A DNA stretch of 62,292 bases from an uncultured bacterium. GTDB taxonomy: Bacteria > AUK180. This document shows positions 1-10,078 of the stretch, piece after piece. The translations under genes and the position numbers were made by a program. Position 1 is the stretch's first letter; the number at the start of each line of letters is the position of its first letter. The notes under the pieces are model-generated. The model was not told the origin of the DNA and searched no databases. It saw only the letters and a list, made by a program, of their open reading frames with translations. Location: assembly GCA_937863565.1 (NCBI GenBank), contig CALMGJ010000013.1:62001-124292 (forward strand), given 5' to 3'.

Positions 1-595
1 TGGGATTGTTTCGGAATTTTCGCAGAAAACCGGGCGATGGCAAGCGGTAGTTCAGGTACCTTTTCAGAAGGGAGGGAAAATCCTCATCCTTCATCTTAAA
101 TGCATTTAATCCGCAGGCAGCGAATCCAGTCGGCCCCGAAAGATAGAGCAGGTCCCCGGGCCGGGCACCGTGTCTTGAGTAGAAGAACTTCTTCTCCACA
201 GTGCCGATCAATGTCATGGACAGGTCGTCCGTTCCGGAGATGTTCGTATCGCCACCCAATATTTCAATACCGAATTTGCCTGCGTATTTCTCCATCATCT
301 TCATATAACCGGGAAGATTCCTCTTTCTGACTGAGGCATATATGAAGCCGAATCTGGCTTCGCCTCCCTTGACAAGCACATCGGAAATATTCCTCACGAA
401 GAGTTTCTCCATCACGCTCCCGGCAGGATCGCCCCGGAAGAAATGTATGCCTTCCCTTACTCCGTCGAGGGTAACGAGAAAATATGTTCTCTGATCTTTT
501 TCAAAAGCAGCGCAGTCGTCGCCGATGCCGATATTTTTTCCTGAAGCCCTGAATTTTCTCTCCAGAAGAGAGATCAGGGCCGCTTCACTTTTCAA
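1..595 (-). CDS. thiL: Thiamine-monophosphate kinase (3' end runs off the window; absent from ORF track)
   Basis: Manual translation from TTG at 595: MKSEAALIS...GIGDDCAAF...EGIHF...NISDV...GGDTN...GARPGDLLYLSGPTG; frame open to the window edge; start overlaps the nnr stop. Confidence 0.9.
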   Translation of the reverse strand, partial: MKSEAALISLLERKFRASGKNIGIGDDCAAFEKDQRTYFLVTLDGVREGIHFFRGDPAGSVMEKLFVRNISDVLVKGGEARFGFIYASVRKRNLPGYMKMMEKYAGKFGIEILGGDTNISGTDDLSMTLIGTVEKKFFYSRHGARPGDLLYLSGPTGFAACGLNAFKMKDEDFPSLLKRYLNYRLPSPGFLRKFRNNP

Positions 596-2066
596 TGATC
601 TCATTTCCGGTCATCCCGAACCCTTCGATTATAGATGCCGCCGTGATGCCGAGCATGCCTTTTCTTCCGGCAAGCCGGACGGCCGTAGCCCCGATCAGAT
701 ATAGGGCTATGTTGGAAGCGTCCAGCATCGAATATCCCTGCGCTAGAAAAGATGCGAGAACTCCGCTTAAGGCATCGCCCGTTCCCGCTTTCGCCATCCA
801 GGGCGTACCATAGGCGGAGATATAGACCTTGCCGTTTGGGAAAGCCGCGTAGGCCAGGCCGCTTTTCAAGATGACCGGCAAACCGTTTTTAATCGAAAAA
901 CGCCGGAGGTCCTGAAGCATATCCGGGCTTCGCATACCTCCCGCGGCGGCGAACTCGCCGGCATGCGGAGTGATAATAATGTTTTTCAGCCGCGTTCTTT
1001 TATGGAGAGAGAGAACGGGATCTATTCCGTCAGCATCAGCAACGATCTTTCCCGGGAACCCGACAAGAGCTTCCACCAGTGCATCCGGCAGTGCCCATCC
1101 CTTGCCGGCACCGCAACCAATAACGAGCGCATCACTTTTCATGATCTCGTCAAGGACCTTGTTCATTTTCCCTGCAGGAGTGCCGGCCAGACATTCCGGT
1201 AAAGTCCTGAAGATGATCTCTGAACCTGCGGGCAATTTCCCGAAATCGGGAGGAACAACGGTATAGACCATCCCCGCACCGCTTTTCAGTGCGGCTTTGG
1301 CGCTGAGCACGGGAGCGCCTTTGTACAGCCTGCTCCCGCCTATCACCGTGACCGTACCGTTATCGTACTTATGCCGTCCGATCTTTCTTTTCCTGATGAC
1401 AGGCGTTCTAAACAGAGCTGTATCGGAGATAAGCAGTTCGGGCGGTATGGAAACGTTCCTGACCACCGTTTTACCGAAGTACTCCGCCCCGTCGTTCTGG
1501 ACAAGGCCTTTTTTATATGCCCCGAAAGTGACGCAAAGGTCAGCATTCACGCAAACGGATTTTCGACCTGTTTCACCGGAAAGGCCGGAAGGTATATCCA
1601 GGGAAAGAACGAAATTCCCTGCACGCTTCAGTTGATTGATCCGTTTGACCGCCTTTTCGTATTCCGGCGCCAGTTCTCCGGAGAACCCCGTGCCCAAAAC
1701 GGCATCAACGATGCAGATGCCCTCCTGTTCCTCCAGTGATAATTTTCCGATGCCGTATTTCTCGATCCTCATTTTTTCGGCAGTTTTATAGTTCATATAA
1801 GCAGGCGTTCCTTCTTTCGGTATTCCCGTGTAATAAACTCTTACACTACCGCCGCCGTTCATTATATGTCTGGCAAGAGCCCATCCGTCGCCGCCGTTAT
1901 TTCCTTTTCCGCAAACCACGACGGCATCGCGGAATCCCCGTTCCGTCATGATCCTGTATGCCTCAATGGCGGCATTCTCCATAAGGACGATACCCGGTAT
2001 TCCGTAAACATCGATGCTTTTCTTGTCACACTCCCTCATTTCGTCTACGGAAAGCACATATTCCAT
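585..2066 (-). CDS. nnr: Bifunctional NAD(P)H-hydrate epimerase/dehydratase (YjeF/Nnr)
   Basis: LMENAA, CGKGNNGGDG, VDAVLGTG, SLDIPSG, then GGSRLYKGA, TPHAGEF, AGTGDAL; start moved to ATG 2066 after GAGGGG. Confidence 0.93.
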   Translation of the reverse strand: MEYVLSVDEMRECDKKSIDVYGIPGIVLMENAAIEAYRIMTERGFRDAVVVCGKGNNGGDGWALARHIMNGGGSVRVYYTGIPKEGTPAYMNYKTAEKMRIEKYGIGKLSLEEQEGICIVDAVLGTGFSGELAPEYEKAVKRINQLKRAGNFVLSLDIPSGLSGETGRKSVCVNADLCVTFGAYKKGLVQNDGAEYFGKTVVRNVSIPPELLISDTALFRTPVIRKRKIGRHKYDNGTVTVIGGSRLYKGAPVLSAKAALKSGAGMVYTVVPPDFGKLPAGSEIIFRTLPECLAGTPAGKMNKVLDEIMKSDALVIGCGAGKGWALPDALVEALVGFPGKIVADADGIDPVLSLHKRTRLKNIIITPHAGEFAAAGGMRSPDMLQDLRRFSIKNGLPVILKSGLAYAAFPNGKVYISAYGTPWMAKAGTGDALSGVLASFLAQGYSMLDASNIALYLIGATAVRLAGRKGMLGITAASIIEGFGMTGNEIIEK

Positions 2067-2067
2067 A

Positions 2068-3327
2068 TCAATCCCCCTCAGAGAAGTAATCGAATTCCTC
2101 ATCCCCTATGATGATCGTATCACCGTCCTTCAGTCCGTGCTTTTTAAGTATCTTGTCCACTCCTTCCTTTTTCAGGTATCTTCTGAAAAAATAAGCGGCA
2201 TCCTCCTGCCGGAAATCAATCTGTTTGATCGTCTTCTCAAGCCGGCCGTGTATCCTGAACATCCCGTCTGACAATTTCTCTACTTCTTCAACAAGAAGCC
2301 CCTGTTCGTAAACGAAGATCTCTTTTCTTGAGATGGTGACCGCAGGAGGGTTTTCATCGAGGATTTTTTTCATGGTATGAACGAGCGCGGATAATCCCGT
2401 TCTTTCCTTTGCCGAAATGAACATCGTGCCGGGAATACCGATGCGCGGTTTCCTTCCTTCAATAAGATCGGTTTTATTGACAGCGCACATGCTCGGTTTT
2501 TCCGCCATCGATTCATTGAAGCGGAATATTTCATTTTTAAGTTTTTTATACTGTTCGGACAGGGATATCCCTTCATGAGACGCCGGGTCCAGCAGATATA
2601 GAAGTGCGCGGCACCTTTCAACGTGTTTGAGGAATTTATGTCCGAGCCCCTTGCCTTTATGAGCGCCCTCGATGAGGCCGGGTATGTCGGCCACTATGAA
2701 ATCCCCCTCATCCCCGGCAATTACGATACCGATATTTGGCACGATCGTAGTGAACGGATAATCGGCGATCCTTGGTTTCGCATTCGAGATCGCCGAGATC
2801 AGCGAGGATTTCCCAGCGTTCGGAAAACCTATTATGCCTATGTCGGCCAGGATCTTCAGCTCAAGGATGAAACGGCTCTTATCCGTGATCTCGCCTTTCA
2901 GGGCGAAGCGCGGCCTGTTCATCTTGGAATTCCTGAATCTTGCATTCCCAAGGCCTCCGCGGCCCCCTTTCAGAAGGAGCACTTCTTCCCGGTCATGCCT
3001 GAAATCGTAAACGATATTGCGCTTTTCATCATACACGACAGTTCCGACAGGCACTTCAACGAGGGCATCCTTGCCGGAAGCCCCTTTTTTATTATTATTC
3101 TGCCCGTGCTCGCCGGGACCGGCTTTAATATGATGCAGGAACCTGAACTTGTGTAGAGAGCGGATATTCTTGTCGCTTCTCAGAATGATATTCCCGCCGT
3201 CGCCGCCGTCACCTCCTGTAGGTTCAGGTTTTGAATTGATATTGAACCTCATGAAAGCGACGGAGCCGTTGCCTCCATTCCCGCTTTTCATGTAAAGTTC
3301 TGCATAATCCAGAAAATCCGCGTTCAT
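2068..3327 (-). CDS. obg: Obg/CgtA GTPase with C-terminal OCT domain
   Basis: Gly-rich N-terminus GNGGNG..GGDGGDGG; GFPNAGKSS, YPFTT, DIPGLIEGA, NKTD, ISAK. Confidence 0.97.
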   Translation of the reverse strand: MNADFLDYAELYMKSGNGGNGSVAFMRFNINSKPEPTGGDGGDGGNIILRSDKNIRSLHKFRFLHHIKAGPGEHGQNNNKKGASGKDALVEVPVGTVVYDEKRNIVYDFRHDREEVLLLKGGRGGLGNARFRNSKMNRPRFALKGEITDKSRFILELKILADIGIIGFPNAGKSSLISAISNAKPRIADYPFTTIVPNIGIVIAGDEGDFIVADIPGLIEGAHKGKGLGHKFLKHVERCRALLYLLDPASHEGISLSEQYKKLKNEIFRFNESMAEKPSMCAVNKTDLIEGRKPRIGIPGTMFISAKERTGLSALVHTMKKILDENPPAVTISRKEIFVYEQGLLVEEVEKLSDGMFRIHGRLEKTIKQIDFRQEDAAYFFRRYLKKEGVDKILKKHGLKDGDTIIIGDEEFDYFSEGD

Positions 3328-3782
3328 GAAAGAAGCCTCAGCATTTCAAGTCTTTTAGATTCGTTCTTTTTATTCCTGAAGCAATGAGCATAAACCTGCC
3401 CTTCGGTGCGAGCCCTGTATGCGCTGATGAATTCTTCGGAAAAAAGCGCCGTCGCGCCGTGATTCTGCGTTTTTGAGAAGATCTTCCTGTCCGAAGAGAC
3501 CACAACTGTAGGTTTTCCCCTGTTCCCGTATGCCATCCTGATCAGTTCTCTGTCGGCGTCAGCTTTACTGTCGGTGAAGACCACTGAGAGATTCTCGCAG
3601 ATCTCTTCCTTTCGAAGCGAATCCCCGGAGCCGTCGAATACGATAATGAAACGGAATCCCTTCTTAAGTCCGCAGTAAACGATCAGCTTGCCGATGAGCT
3701 CCTTCCTCCTTTTCTCGAGTGATCCGTCTCCTGCCGTCATTTTGAAAAGCAGATTATATCCGTCCAAAAAGACCTCCGTCAT
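3324..3782 (-). CDS. YacP-like NYN (PIN-fold) ribonuclease
   Basis: DGYNL, IVFDG, ADREL and VVSSD motifs. Confidence 0.85.
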   Translation of the reverse strand: MTEVFLDGYNLLFKMTAGDGSLEKRRKELIGKLIVYCGLKKGFRFIIVFDGSGDSLRKEEICENLSVVFTDSKADADRELIRMAYGNRGKPTVVVSSDRKIFSKTQNHGATALFSEEFISAYRARTEGQVYAHCFRNKKNESKRLEMLRLLS

Positions 3783-5101
3783 AGGATATATTTTTTCAGG
3801 TCCTCATTGCCTTCGAACTCCTTCAGACGGCTTTGTACGAACTCCCTGTCTATTTTAAATTCGGTATTCCCGGCACATGGTGTATTGAAAGAGATATCCT
3901 CAAGAAGGAATTCCATTATCGTGAAAAGTCTTCGGGCGCCTATATTCTCCGCCGTTTGATTCGTTTTAAATGCGTTCGCGGCGATCTCGTCTATTCCCGA
4001 TCCGGTAAAATCGAGATCCACGCCTTCCACACCCAGAAGTGCTTTGTACTGCATCACCAAGGAGTTCTTCGGTTCGAGGAGGATCCGCTTGAGATCGTTC
4101 TCGGAAAGAGCGCTAAGTTCGACCCTGAGCGGGAACCTTCCTTGAAGTTCGGGAATAAGATCGGACGGTTTTGAGACATTGAACGCGCCGGCGCCGATAA
4201 AAAGGATATGGGAAGTATCCAAAATCCCGTAGCGTGAAGATACTTTCGTCCCTTCCACCAGCGGAAGAAGATCCCTCTGCACTCCTTCCCTGGAGACGTC
4301 AGGGCCGGAAGCCTTGGAGTAATTCCCCGCGATCTTATCCATCTCGTCAATGAAGATGATCCCCTCATTCTCCAGTTTTTGCCTCGCTTCAAGAATCACT
4401 TCGTCGGTATTTATGAGCTTATTTTTCTCGTCTTCCTTGAAATACTCGAAAGCATCCCTTACCTTCATTCTTCTGTTCTTCTTCTTTCCTTTGCCGAACA
4501 AGCCCTTGAACAGATCGGGGACGCTCATATCAATTTCCTCTATTCCCTGATTGCTGATATACTCGATCTTCGGAAGGGGCACCATCGATTCCACTTCCAC
4601 ATCGATCTCCTTATCGTCGAAGTCCCCTTTTTCGAATTTTGATTCTATGAAAGCCGTTGTGCTGTTCTCCTCCGTTTCCTCTTTTCCCGAGAGCAGCTTG
4701 ATCAGCTTGGAGCGCGCCTTCTCCAGGGCGCGCGTTTCCACTTTCCTGGCCTTCTCGTTCTTCACGATATTGATCGAGATCTCCATAAGGTCTCTTATCA
4801 TCGATTCGACATCCCGGCCGACATAACCGACTTCGGTGTATTTGGTTGCCTCTACTTTTAAAAAGGGTGCCGAGGTCATAATTGATAGCCGACGGGCGAT
4901 CTCGGTCTTTCCAACGCCGGTCGGCCCTATCATGATGATATTTTTAGGGTAGATCTCCTTCTGCAGGTCGGCAGAAAGCTGCTTCCTTCTCCACCTGTTC
5001 CTCAGAGCGATCGCTACAGTTCTTTTCGCTTTAGCCTGTCCCACAATGTATCTGTCCAGTTCTTCTACCGTTTTTCCCGGTGTAAAATTTTCGAAATCCA
5101 T
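3779..5101 (-). CDS. hslU: ATP-dependent protease ATPase subunit HslU
   Basis: IGPTGVGKTEIARR, TEVGYVGRDVES, SREGVQRDLLP, ELQGRFP, NIGARRL, C-terminal KYIL. Confidence 0.98.
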   Translation of the reverse strand: MDFENFTPGKTVEELDRYIVGQAKAKRTVAIALRNRWRRKQLSADLQKEIYPKNIIMIGPTGVGKTEIARRLSIMTSAPFLKVEATKYTEVGYVGRDVESMIRDLMEISINIVKNEKARKVETRALEKARSKLIKLLSGKEETEENSTTAFIESKFEKGDFDDKEIDVEVESMVPLPKIEYISNQGIEEIDMSVPDLFKGLFGKGKKKNRRMKVRDAFEYFKEDEKNKLINTDEVILEARQKLENEGIIFIDEMDKIAGNYSKASGPDVSREGVQRDLLPLVEGTKVSSRYGILDTSHILFIGAGAFNVSKPSDLIPELQGRFPLRVELSALSENDLKRILLEPKNSLVMQYKALLGVEGVDLDFTGSGIDEIAANAFKTNQTAENIGARRLFTIMEFLLEDISFNTPCAGNTEFKIDREFVQSRLKEFEGNEDLKKYIL

Positions 5102-5110
5102 GTTATCTCC

Positions 5111-6976
5111 TTAACTGATGATCTGTACCTGGTTCCTTCCGTTGTTCTTTGCCAGGTACAGCCCCTTGTCCGCCTTCTCGATCAGCGTGTTCTTATCCAA
5201 GCCCATTGAAGGGTAATGGGAAAGGCCGATGCTCACCGTTACGCGCACGACATTATTGATGATGTCCACGCGCATGCCTTCTATGTTCTTCCGCAGGCGC
5301 TCGGCGATATCCCTCCCTCTGCGCAGGTCAGCATCCGGAATGAGCGCGATGAACTCTTCTCCTCCGTAACGGGCCGTTTTGGAATCGTCATTGCCGGCAT
5401 ATCCGGTGCCGAGCGCATCAGTGGGCCTGAGGGATCTTCTTAAAGCCTCGGCGACACGCATTATCACTATGTCTCCCGCTTTATGCCCGTAAGTATCGTT
5501 GAACTGTTTGAAATGATCGATATCCATCATCATGATGCAAAATTCCCTCCGGGGGCTTTTTGAGTGCTCCAGATGCTCCTCTATCAGTTCCTGGAACTTC
5601 TTATGATTATAAAGTCCGGTAAGGCCGTCCCTGATGGCAAGGCCCGAGAATTTCTCAAAAAGAGCCCTGTTCTCTATGATGCGCCTGAGGTTCTCCACGA
5701 TTATATCCACCATGTTCCTCTCATTCTCGGAGATGTTCTTCTTTGTCTCCGCAAGGATCACATAATGTTTGGATAAGGCCTGGACGATCATCACTATAAG
5801 ATATTTGGATATCGGCAGCGTGTCCACACTGCCCGAGATCTTAAGCTGAACGTTTTTATTGTTCCTCAGGTCTGTGATGATCTGGTGCCGTCCCTGCGCA
5901 ATGACGCTCGTGAGATAATGGTCCTGTTCGATATTGAACCATGCGTTCGTGATAGCGTTCTTCGAGGTCGAATGTACGATCCTGTATCGGCAATTGTCAT
6001 ATTCGATGAAATTGAAATTCACGAGTCCGAATTCGGAACGCATCTTTTCTTCGAGAACCGCGGCTGTCCTGTCCAGTTTTTCCTCTCTATTGAGCGCGGA
6101 TAGAGTGCTGAAGAAAAAATTGAACTCCTCCCTTTGCTTGATTATGCTTTTATAAAGATTCAGTTCCGTGAAATATCCGATGATATCATTAAGGTAAAGC
6201 CGGTAAAAATCCTTCTTCTCGGCAAAACCTGCAGTACCGGTGCAGATGCCGACCATACCTGTAAAACCTTCGAACGTGACCCTTTCAATTATTATGCCGT
6301 CCAGAGCGACCGGAGCATTGAAGATGAAATAATCCGAGGATTTAAGTTTATCCCCATGATCGCAGACGGCATGACGGCCTTCAACGATGCCGCGGATCAG
6401 AGGGGCAGCATTAAGTCCGATCTCTGCGCGGAGGTATCTTCTCTCGTTCGTATCGGTCAAAACCATATTGTCGCCCTTTTTAACATAGATGAAGATGAGG
6501 AAATCCTCATCGTACATCTTCACAAGTTCAAATTTTTTCTTAAGTTTGAACTTCAGCGTTTTAAGATACTGCTCTTGAAATTCCTCTCCGTACTCGATGG
6601 AAGGAAAATGCTCGAGTTCCTCATGCGGCGCATCGGTCTCCGTTCTAATAAACAGGCGTACAAAGGTCCAGATGCCGGCAAGAGCGGCAAGTGAGTAGAT
6701 ATAGAAATCGATCTGAAGCGGTTTTTTCAGGATGAAAAGCGAATGGAGGACTGCAAGGATAAAGACGACGACGCCCTGCAGTCCTGCGAACAGTACGCCG
6801 ATCGCGGACATGAGCAGCGTAATGAAGTAGTATTCGACCGGGCCCGTCCGGAAATAAGATGTTACAAGGGCATATATGATGAACGTATAGACCCAGAAAA
6901 AATTTTTCAGATGGTTTTTCTTTCTTTGAAGTAGGAAAAATCCTGCATTGAATAGAATGAAGAGCATTGCTGCCAT
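5111..6976 (-). CDS. Membrane-anchored diguanylate cyclase (TM helices, GAF-like region, GGDEF domain)
   Basis: DGLTGLYN, DIDHFKQFNDTYGH, ARYGGEEF, ADKGLYLAK; start moved from TTG 7012 to ATG 6976 because 6984-7012 is a consensus promoter. Confidence 0.9.
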   Translation of the reverse strand: MAAMLFILFNAGFFLLQRKKNHLKNFFWVYTFIIYALVTSYFRTGPVEYYFITLLMSAIGVLFAGLQGVVVFILAVLHSLFILKKPLQIDFYIYSLAALAGIWTFVRLFIRTETDAPHEELEHFPSIEYGEEFQEQYLKTLKFKLKKKFELVKMYDEDFLIFIYVKKGDNMVLTDTNERRYLRAEIGLNAAPLIRGIVEGRHAVCDHGDKLKSSDYFIFNAPVALDGIIIERVTFEGFTGMVGICTGTAGFAEKKDFYRLYLNDIIGYFTELNLYKSIIKQREEFNFFFSTLSALNREEKLDRTAAVLEEKMRSEFGLVNFNFIEYDNCRYRIVHSTSKNAITNAWFNIEQDHYLTSVIAQGRHQIITDLRNNKNVQLKISGSVDTLPISKYLIVMIVQALSKHYVILAETKKNISENERNMVDIIVENLRRIIENRALFEKFSGLAIRDGLTGLYNHKKFQELIEEHLEHSKSPRREFCIMMMDIDHFKQFNDTYGHKAGDIVIMRVAEALRRSLRPTDALGTGYAGNDDSKTARYGGEEFIALIPDADLRRGRDIAERLRKNIEGMRVDIINNVVRVTVSIGLSHYPSMGLDKNTLIEKADKGLYLAKNNGRNQVQIIS

Positions 6977-6983
6977 ATTATTT

Positions 6984-7012
6984 ATTTTATCAAAATTCCC
7001 CGTATAATTCAA
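6984..7012 (-). promoter_or_regulatory. sigma70-type promoter of the DGC-hslU-obg operon
   Basis: TTGAAT-N17-TAAAAT with extended TG; ATG 7 nt downstream. Confidence 0.7.
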
Positions 7013-7100
7013 TCATTATTTCTTTACGGGGATATCTCCCGTATTCGGGTGCCTGCACAGCCGGACGCTTTATCCGTATTTTTCCTTTTTAGCACATCCG

Positions 7101-7109
7101 TGATATAAT
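7101..7109 (+). promoter_or_regulatory. Extended -10 promoter of radical SAM gene
   Basis: TGaTATAAT, 6 nt before ATG 7116. Confidence 0.65.
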
Positions 7110-7115
7110 CCCCTG

Positions 7116-8168
7116 ATGAGAACACACATCCTTTTCACTAAAAATATCATCCGGCTCGTCAAAGAAGCGGCCACATCAGCGGGAGCGAAGGAGCATGGAA
7201 TACTTCTTCGCATTGTTAAAGACCAGAAAAGAGCCGCTCGGCAAAGAAAAAGATCATTGAAGAAAGGTATGCATATCCCGCAAATAATGATAGCTTCCAT
7301 CACCGGGAAATGCTCTATGAACTGCCTTGGTTGCTTTCATAAGGCTCATGCAAGGACTTTAAATGAACTCAGCGACGGTGACTGGTTGCGGATTTTCAGA
7401 AGTGCTTCGGAACTCGGGATCTCCGTCTTCATCATCGCGGGCGGAGAGCCCTTCGGACGCCCGGAAATACTAACAGGGCTTTCTGCATTCAGTGATGTGC
7501 TTATAGCCGTGTACACGAACCTGATGACGCTCGACACTGTGATGCTCGATCTTTTCTCGAAGAGCAGGAACCTTATCCCCGTCATTAGTCTGGAAGGCGG
7601 TGAAAACGCTACTGATTCAAGAAGAGGTAAAGGTGCATTCGCATCCATCATGAATAACATGCTTTTGATGAGGGATGCCGGAATTTTCTTCGGCACCAGT
7701 ATAACAGCCTGGTCGGAAAACCTTGAAGAGATCACGGCAGGACCGTTCATTGGGGAGCTTATCGCTTCCGGATCGTCTTTTTTTTCTTTTGTCGAGTATG
7801 TTCCTGCGGACCCCGCAGCCCCCTACTCGGTCCTGACCCGGGATGACCTGGAAGCATTAGAGGAAAGAATGAAGGCGCTCCGAAGAGAATGCCGAAAACC
7901 TTTCTTTCTTTTCCCCGGTAATGAAGAGCAGTACGGAGGCTGCCTGGCTGCGGGAAGGGGTTTTTTTCATGTGGCGCCGGACGGAGCGGTCGAACCCTGC
8001 CCCTTTGCGCCTGTTTCGGACTCTGCCTTACCGAAAACCGGAATGATAGAGGCATTGAATTCTCCTTTATTCAAAAAGATACGCAATAAACCCCTTACAT
8101 TAACTGAAAAGAATGGAGGATGTTCTCTTCGGTCTGAACGCAATTTGCCTGCGGATGACCGGTTATGA
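7116..8168 (+). CDS. Radical SAM protein with SPASM/twitch-like C-terminal Cys region
   Basis: CSMNCLGC (CxxxCxxC), GGEP, GGCLAAG...VEPCPF, GGCSL. Confidence 0.9.
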   Translation: MRTHILFTKNIIRLVKEAATSAGAKEHGILLRIVKDQKRAARQRKRSLKKGMHIPQIMIASITGKCSMNCLGCFHKAHARTLNELSDGDWLRIFRSASELGISVFIIAGGEPFGRPEILTGLSAFSDVLIAVYTNLMTLDTVMLDLFSKSRNLIPVISLEGGENATDSRRGKGAFASIMNNMLLMRDAGIFFGTSITAWSENLEEITAGPFIGELIASGSSFFSFVEYVPADPAAPYSVLTRDDLEALEERMKALRRECRKPFFLFPGNEEQYGGCLAAGRGFFHVAPDGAVEPCPFAPVSDSALPKTGMIEALNSPLFKKIRNKPLTLTEKNGGCSLRSERNLPADDRL

Positions 8169-8855
8169 GACCACTGAAGAGAAAACTCCGTGCCTGTCTT
8201 TCCCGATAACGGGGAGCATTGATACCGAATCGGTGCGGAGCGACATCGATATATCGTTGCATTTCTTGAGGGCAACGAGATTTCTCCCGTTGGAAGTTCT
8301 GGAGAAAAGACCGCCCGGCATATACCTGAACTTCATGTAAAGCGAAAAAGCCTTCGTGCAGAGCCTTCCATGAACAGACCGGCGGAACCGTGATGCGATG
8401 TATCCGGCATAATAAAGATCCTCATAGGCGGGACCGCCCTTCGTTCCTGCCAAGATAAACGCGGTATCCCCCGTTACGGCACCGGATACGGCGGCGGCGT
8501 TAAGGAAACTCCCTATCACGGCCTTTCTACCGGCGAATCTTTTAAAAAGCGGTGTTCCGTTGGTAGTGAAATGAACGAAATCCTTTGTTCGAATGTCAGC
8601 GTTCATTATTTCATAAGGGCTGTTCCCGAGATCGAACCCGGCCGGTCTTTCCCCTCCGATCTCTCCGAGAATAACGGCGTTCACCTCTTCTTTTAACTTG
8701 AAAGCATTATTCAGATCATCTTCGAAGTAGATCCTCTCCGCGCCCTTTGAATGCAGCAGACATACAACGGAAGAAGCCCTTAAGATGTCGACAAGGATGA
8801 AAAGACGGTATTTCTCCTCGGGGACATCCTCGAAAGAATAATAGATGTCAATCAC
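8163..8855 (-). CDS. comB: 2-phosphosulfolactate phosphatase family protein
   Basis: VDILRASS, GFDLGNSP, TTNGT, LNAAAV, YED; likely GTG start at 8855. Confidence 0.85.
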   Translation of the reverse strand: MIDIYYSFEDVPEEKYRLFILVDILRASSVVCLLHSKGAERIYFEDDLNNAFKLKEEVNAVILGEIGGERPAGFDLGNSPYEIMNADIRTKDFVHFTTNGTPLFKRFAGRKAVIGSFLNAAAVSGAVTGDTAFILAGTKGGPAYEDLYYAGYIASRFRRSVHGRLCTKAFSLYMKFRYMPGGLFSRTSNGRNLVALKKCNDISMSLRTDSVSMLPVIGKDRHGVFSSVVS

Positions 8856-9270
8856 CGAAAATATCCTCGGTTTGCTTAAAGAGGTCAAGGATCTTCTCCT
8901 TTGCGAAGAGCTTGCCTGTGCCGAGCCCGGGGCATTCTAAAAACTCGTAGTTCATCGATTCCCTGTCCTTAAAAACGCTCTTCCAGAACGGGTAGGTCCT
9001 GCATTGGACAGGTCTTACTTCGTATATCGGACATCTGCCCTCACTGTCAAGGAAGATACACTGTTCATGAGACGCATCATCCTTCAATGTGATGTGCCCG
9101 TCGCATTCCTTCGTATACTTTCCCAAAAAGATCTCCACACCGATACCGAGAAAGTCGGCGATCAGGTCGGCCTCAGAGGGGTTTATCCACACATATCCCT
9201 GTCCCCTGCAGCACCTTGAACAGCCTTTCAGACACCTGAAGCGGATGCCTTTGCCTATCAGCTTATCCAT
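8848..9270 (-). CDS. YkgJ-family Cys-cluster (zinc/iron-chelating) protein
   Basis: CLKGCSRCC, CIFL, CPIYEVRPVQCRTYPFW, CPG. Confidence 0.88.
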   Translation of the reverse strand: MDKLIGKGIRFRCLKGCSRCCRGQGYVWINPSEADLIADFLGIGVEIFLGKYTKECDGHITLKDDASHEQCIFLDSEGRCPIYEVRPVQCRTYPFWKSVFKDRESMNYEFLECPGLGTGKLFAKEKILDLFKQTEDIFGD

Positions 9271-10078
9271 ATTTCCACCTGTTATGAAGCCAGAAATACT
9301 GCGAAGGATAAAGCCTGATCATCTTCTCGAGTTTGGCAACATAAGCTTTTGCCATTCCGGCAGCATCTGCGGCAGGGCATTCCGAGGCTTCAAAAACGAT
9401 CTTTTTGCCTTCCTTATATGAAAAGATGAAAACAGGAAAACCGTTGAATTTCTCCGCTATTTTAAATGAACTGAAATAGAATTTCGTAGGTCTTCCGAAG
9501 AATTCCACGGAGATCCCCTTTTCGATCGGCCGCTGATCGACAAGCATCCCGATATCGTAACCGCTTTTCAGGTGCCTTATGATATCAAGGGATTTTCTTC
9601 TTTCGATAAAGATGCCGCCGCTCCTGCTTCTGAACTTCAGCATGAAATCGTTCACATCGCGGTCCCGTATCTTCTGATAAAGGACCACTGCGGTCCTGAA
9701 AAACCTCTTGATGTAGACCGGGATCAATTCCCAGAATCCAAGATGCCCGGTATAGTAGAATATCTGCCTGCCGCTTTTAACCGCATTTTCAAGGATTTCA
9801 CGTCCTCTGAGTTCGGCTTTCTTGATCAATTTCTCCGGGAAGAAATAATAATAAACTGTTTCTACCGTCTGAAAGAAAAAGTGCCTGTATATCTCCCGGA
9901 ACAGTATGTCATAGAAGTAGATTGACCTTCCGGGGAACGCTATTTTTAGGTTCTTGATGACTACGTTCTTCCTGATGCCGATCACCATAAGGGCTTCTGC
10001 CGAGAGAGCCCCGAAAAAATGCATGATGTTTGGAAAGGACCGCGTCAGGTAGTACAGGAATTTTATCAAAACGTTCAT
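9263..10078 (-). CDS. lpxL: Lipid A late acyltransferase (LpxL/HtrB family)
   Basis: GHLGFWE (HxxxxE), LVDQR, VEFFGRP, YPSQYFWLHNRWK. Confidence 0.82.
   Translation of the reverse strand: MNVLIKFLYYLTRSFPNIMHFFGALSAEALMVIGIRKNVVIKNLKIAFPGRSIYFYDILFREIYRHFFFQTVETVYYYFFPEKLIKKAELRGREILENAVKSGRQIFYYTGHLGFWELIPVYIKRFFRTAVVLYQKIRDRDVNDFMLKFRSRSGGIFIERRKSLDIIRHLKSGYDIGMLVDQRPIEKGISVEFFGRPTKFYFSSFKIAEKFNGFPVFIFSYKEGKKIVFEASECPAADAAGMAKAYVAKLEKMIRLYPSQYFWLHNRWKYG

Noticed and set aside
8163-8855. comB as evidence of coenzyme M biosynthesis
   Set aside because: ComB-like phosphatases are widespread in bacteria and no other com genes are present
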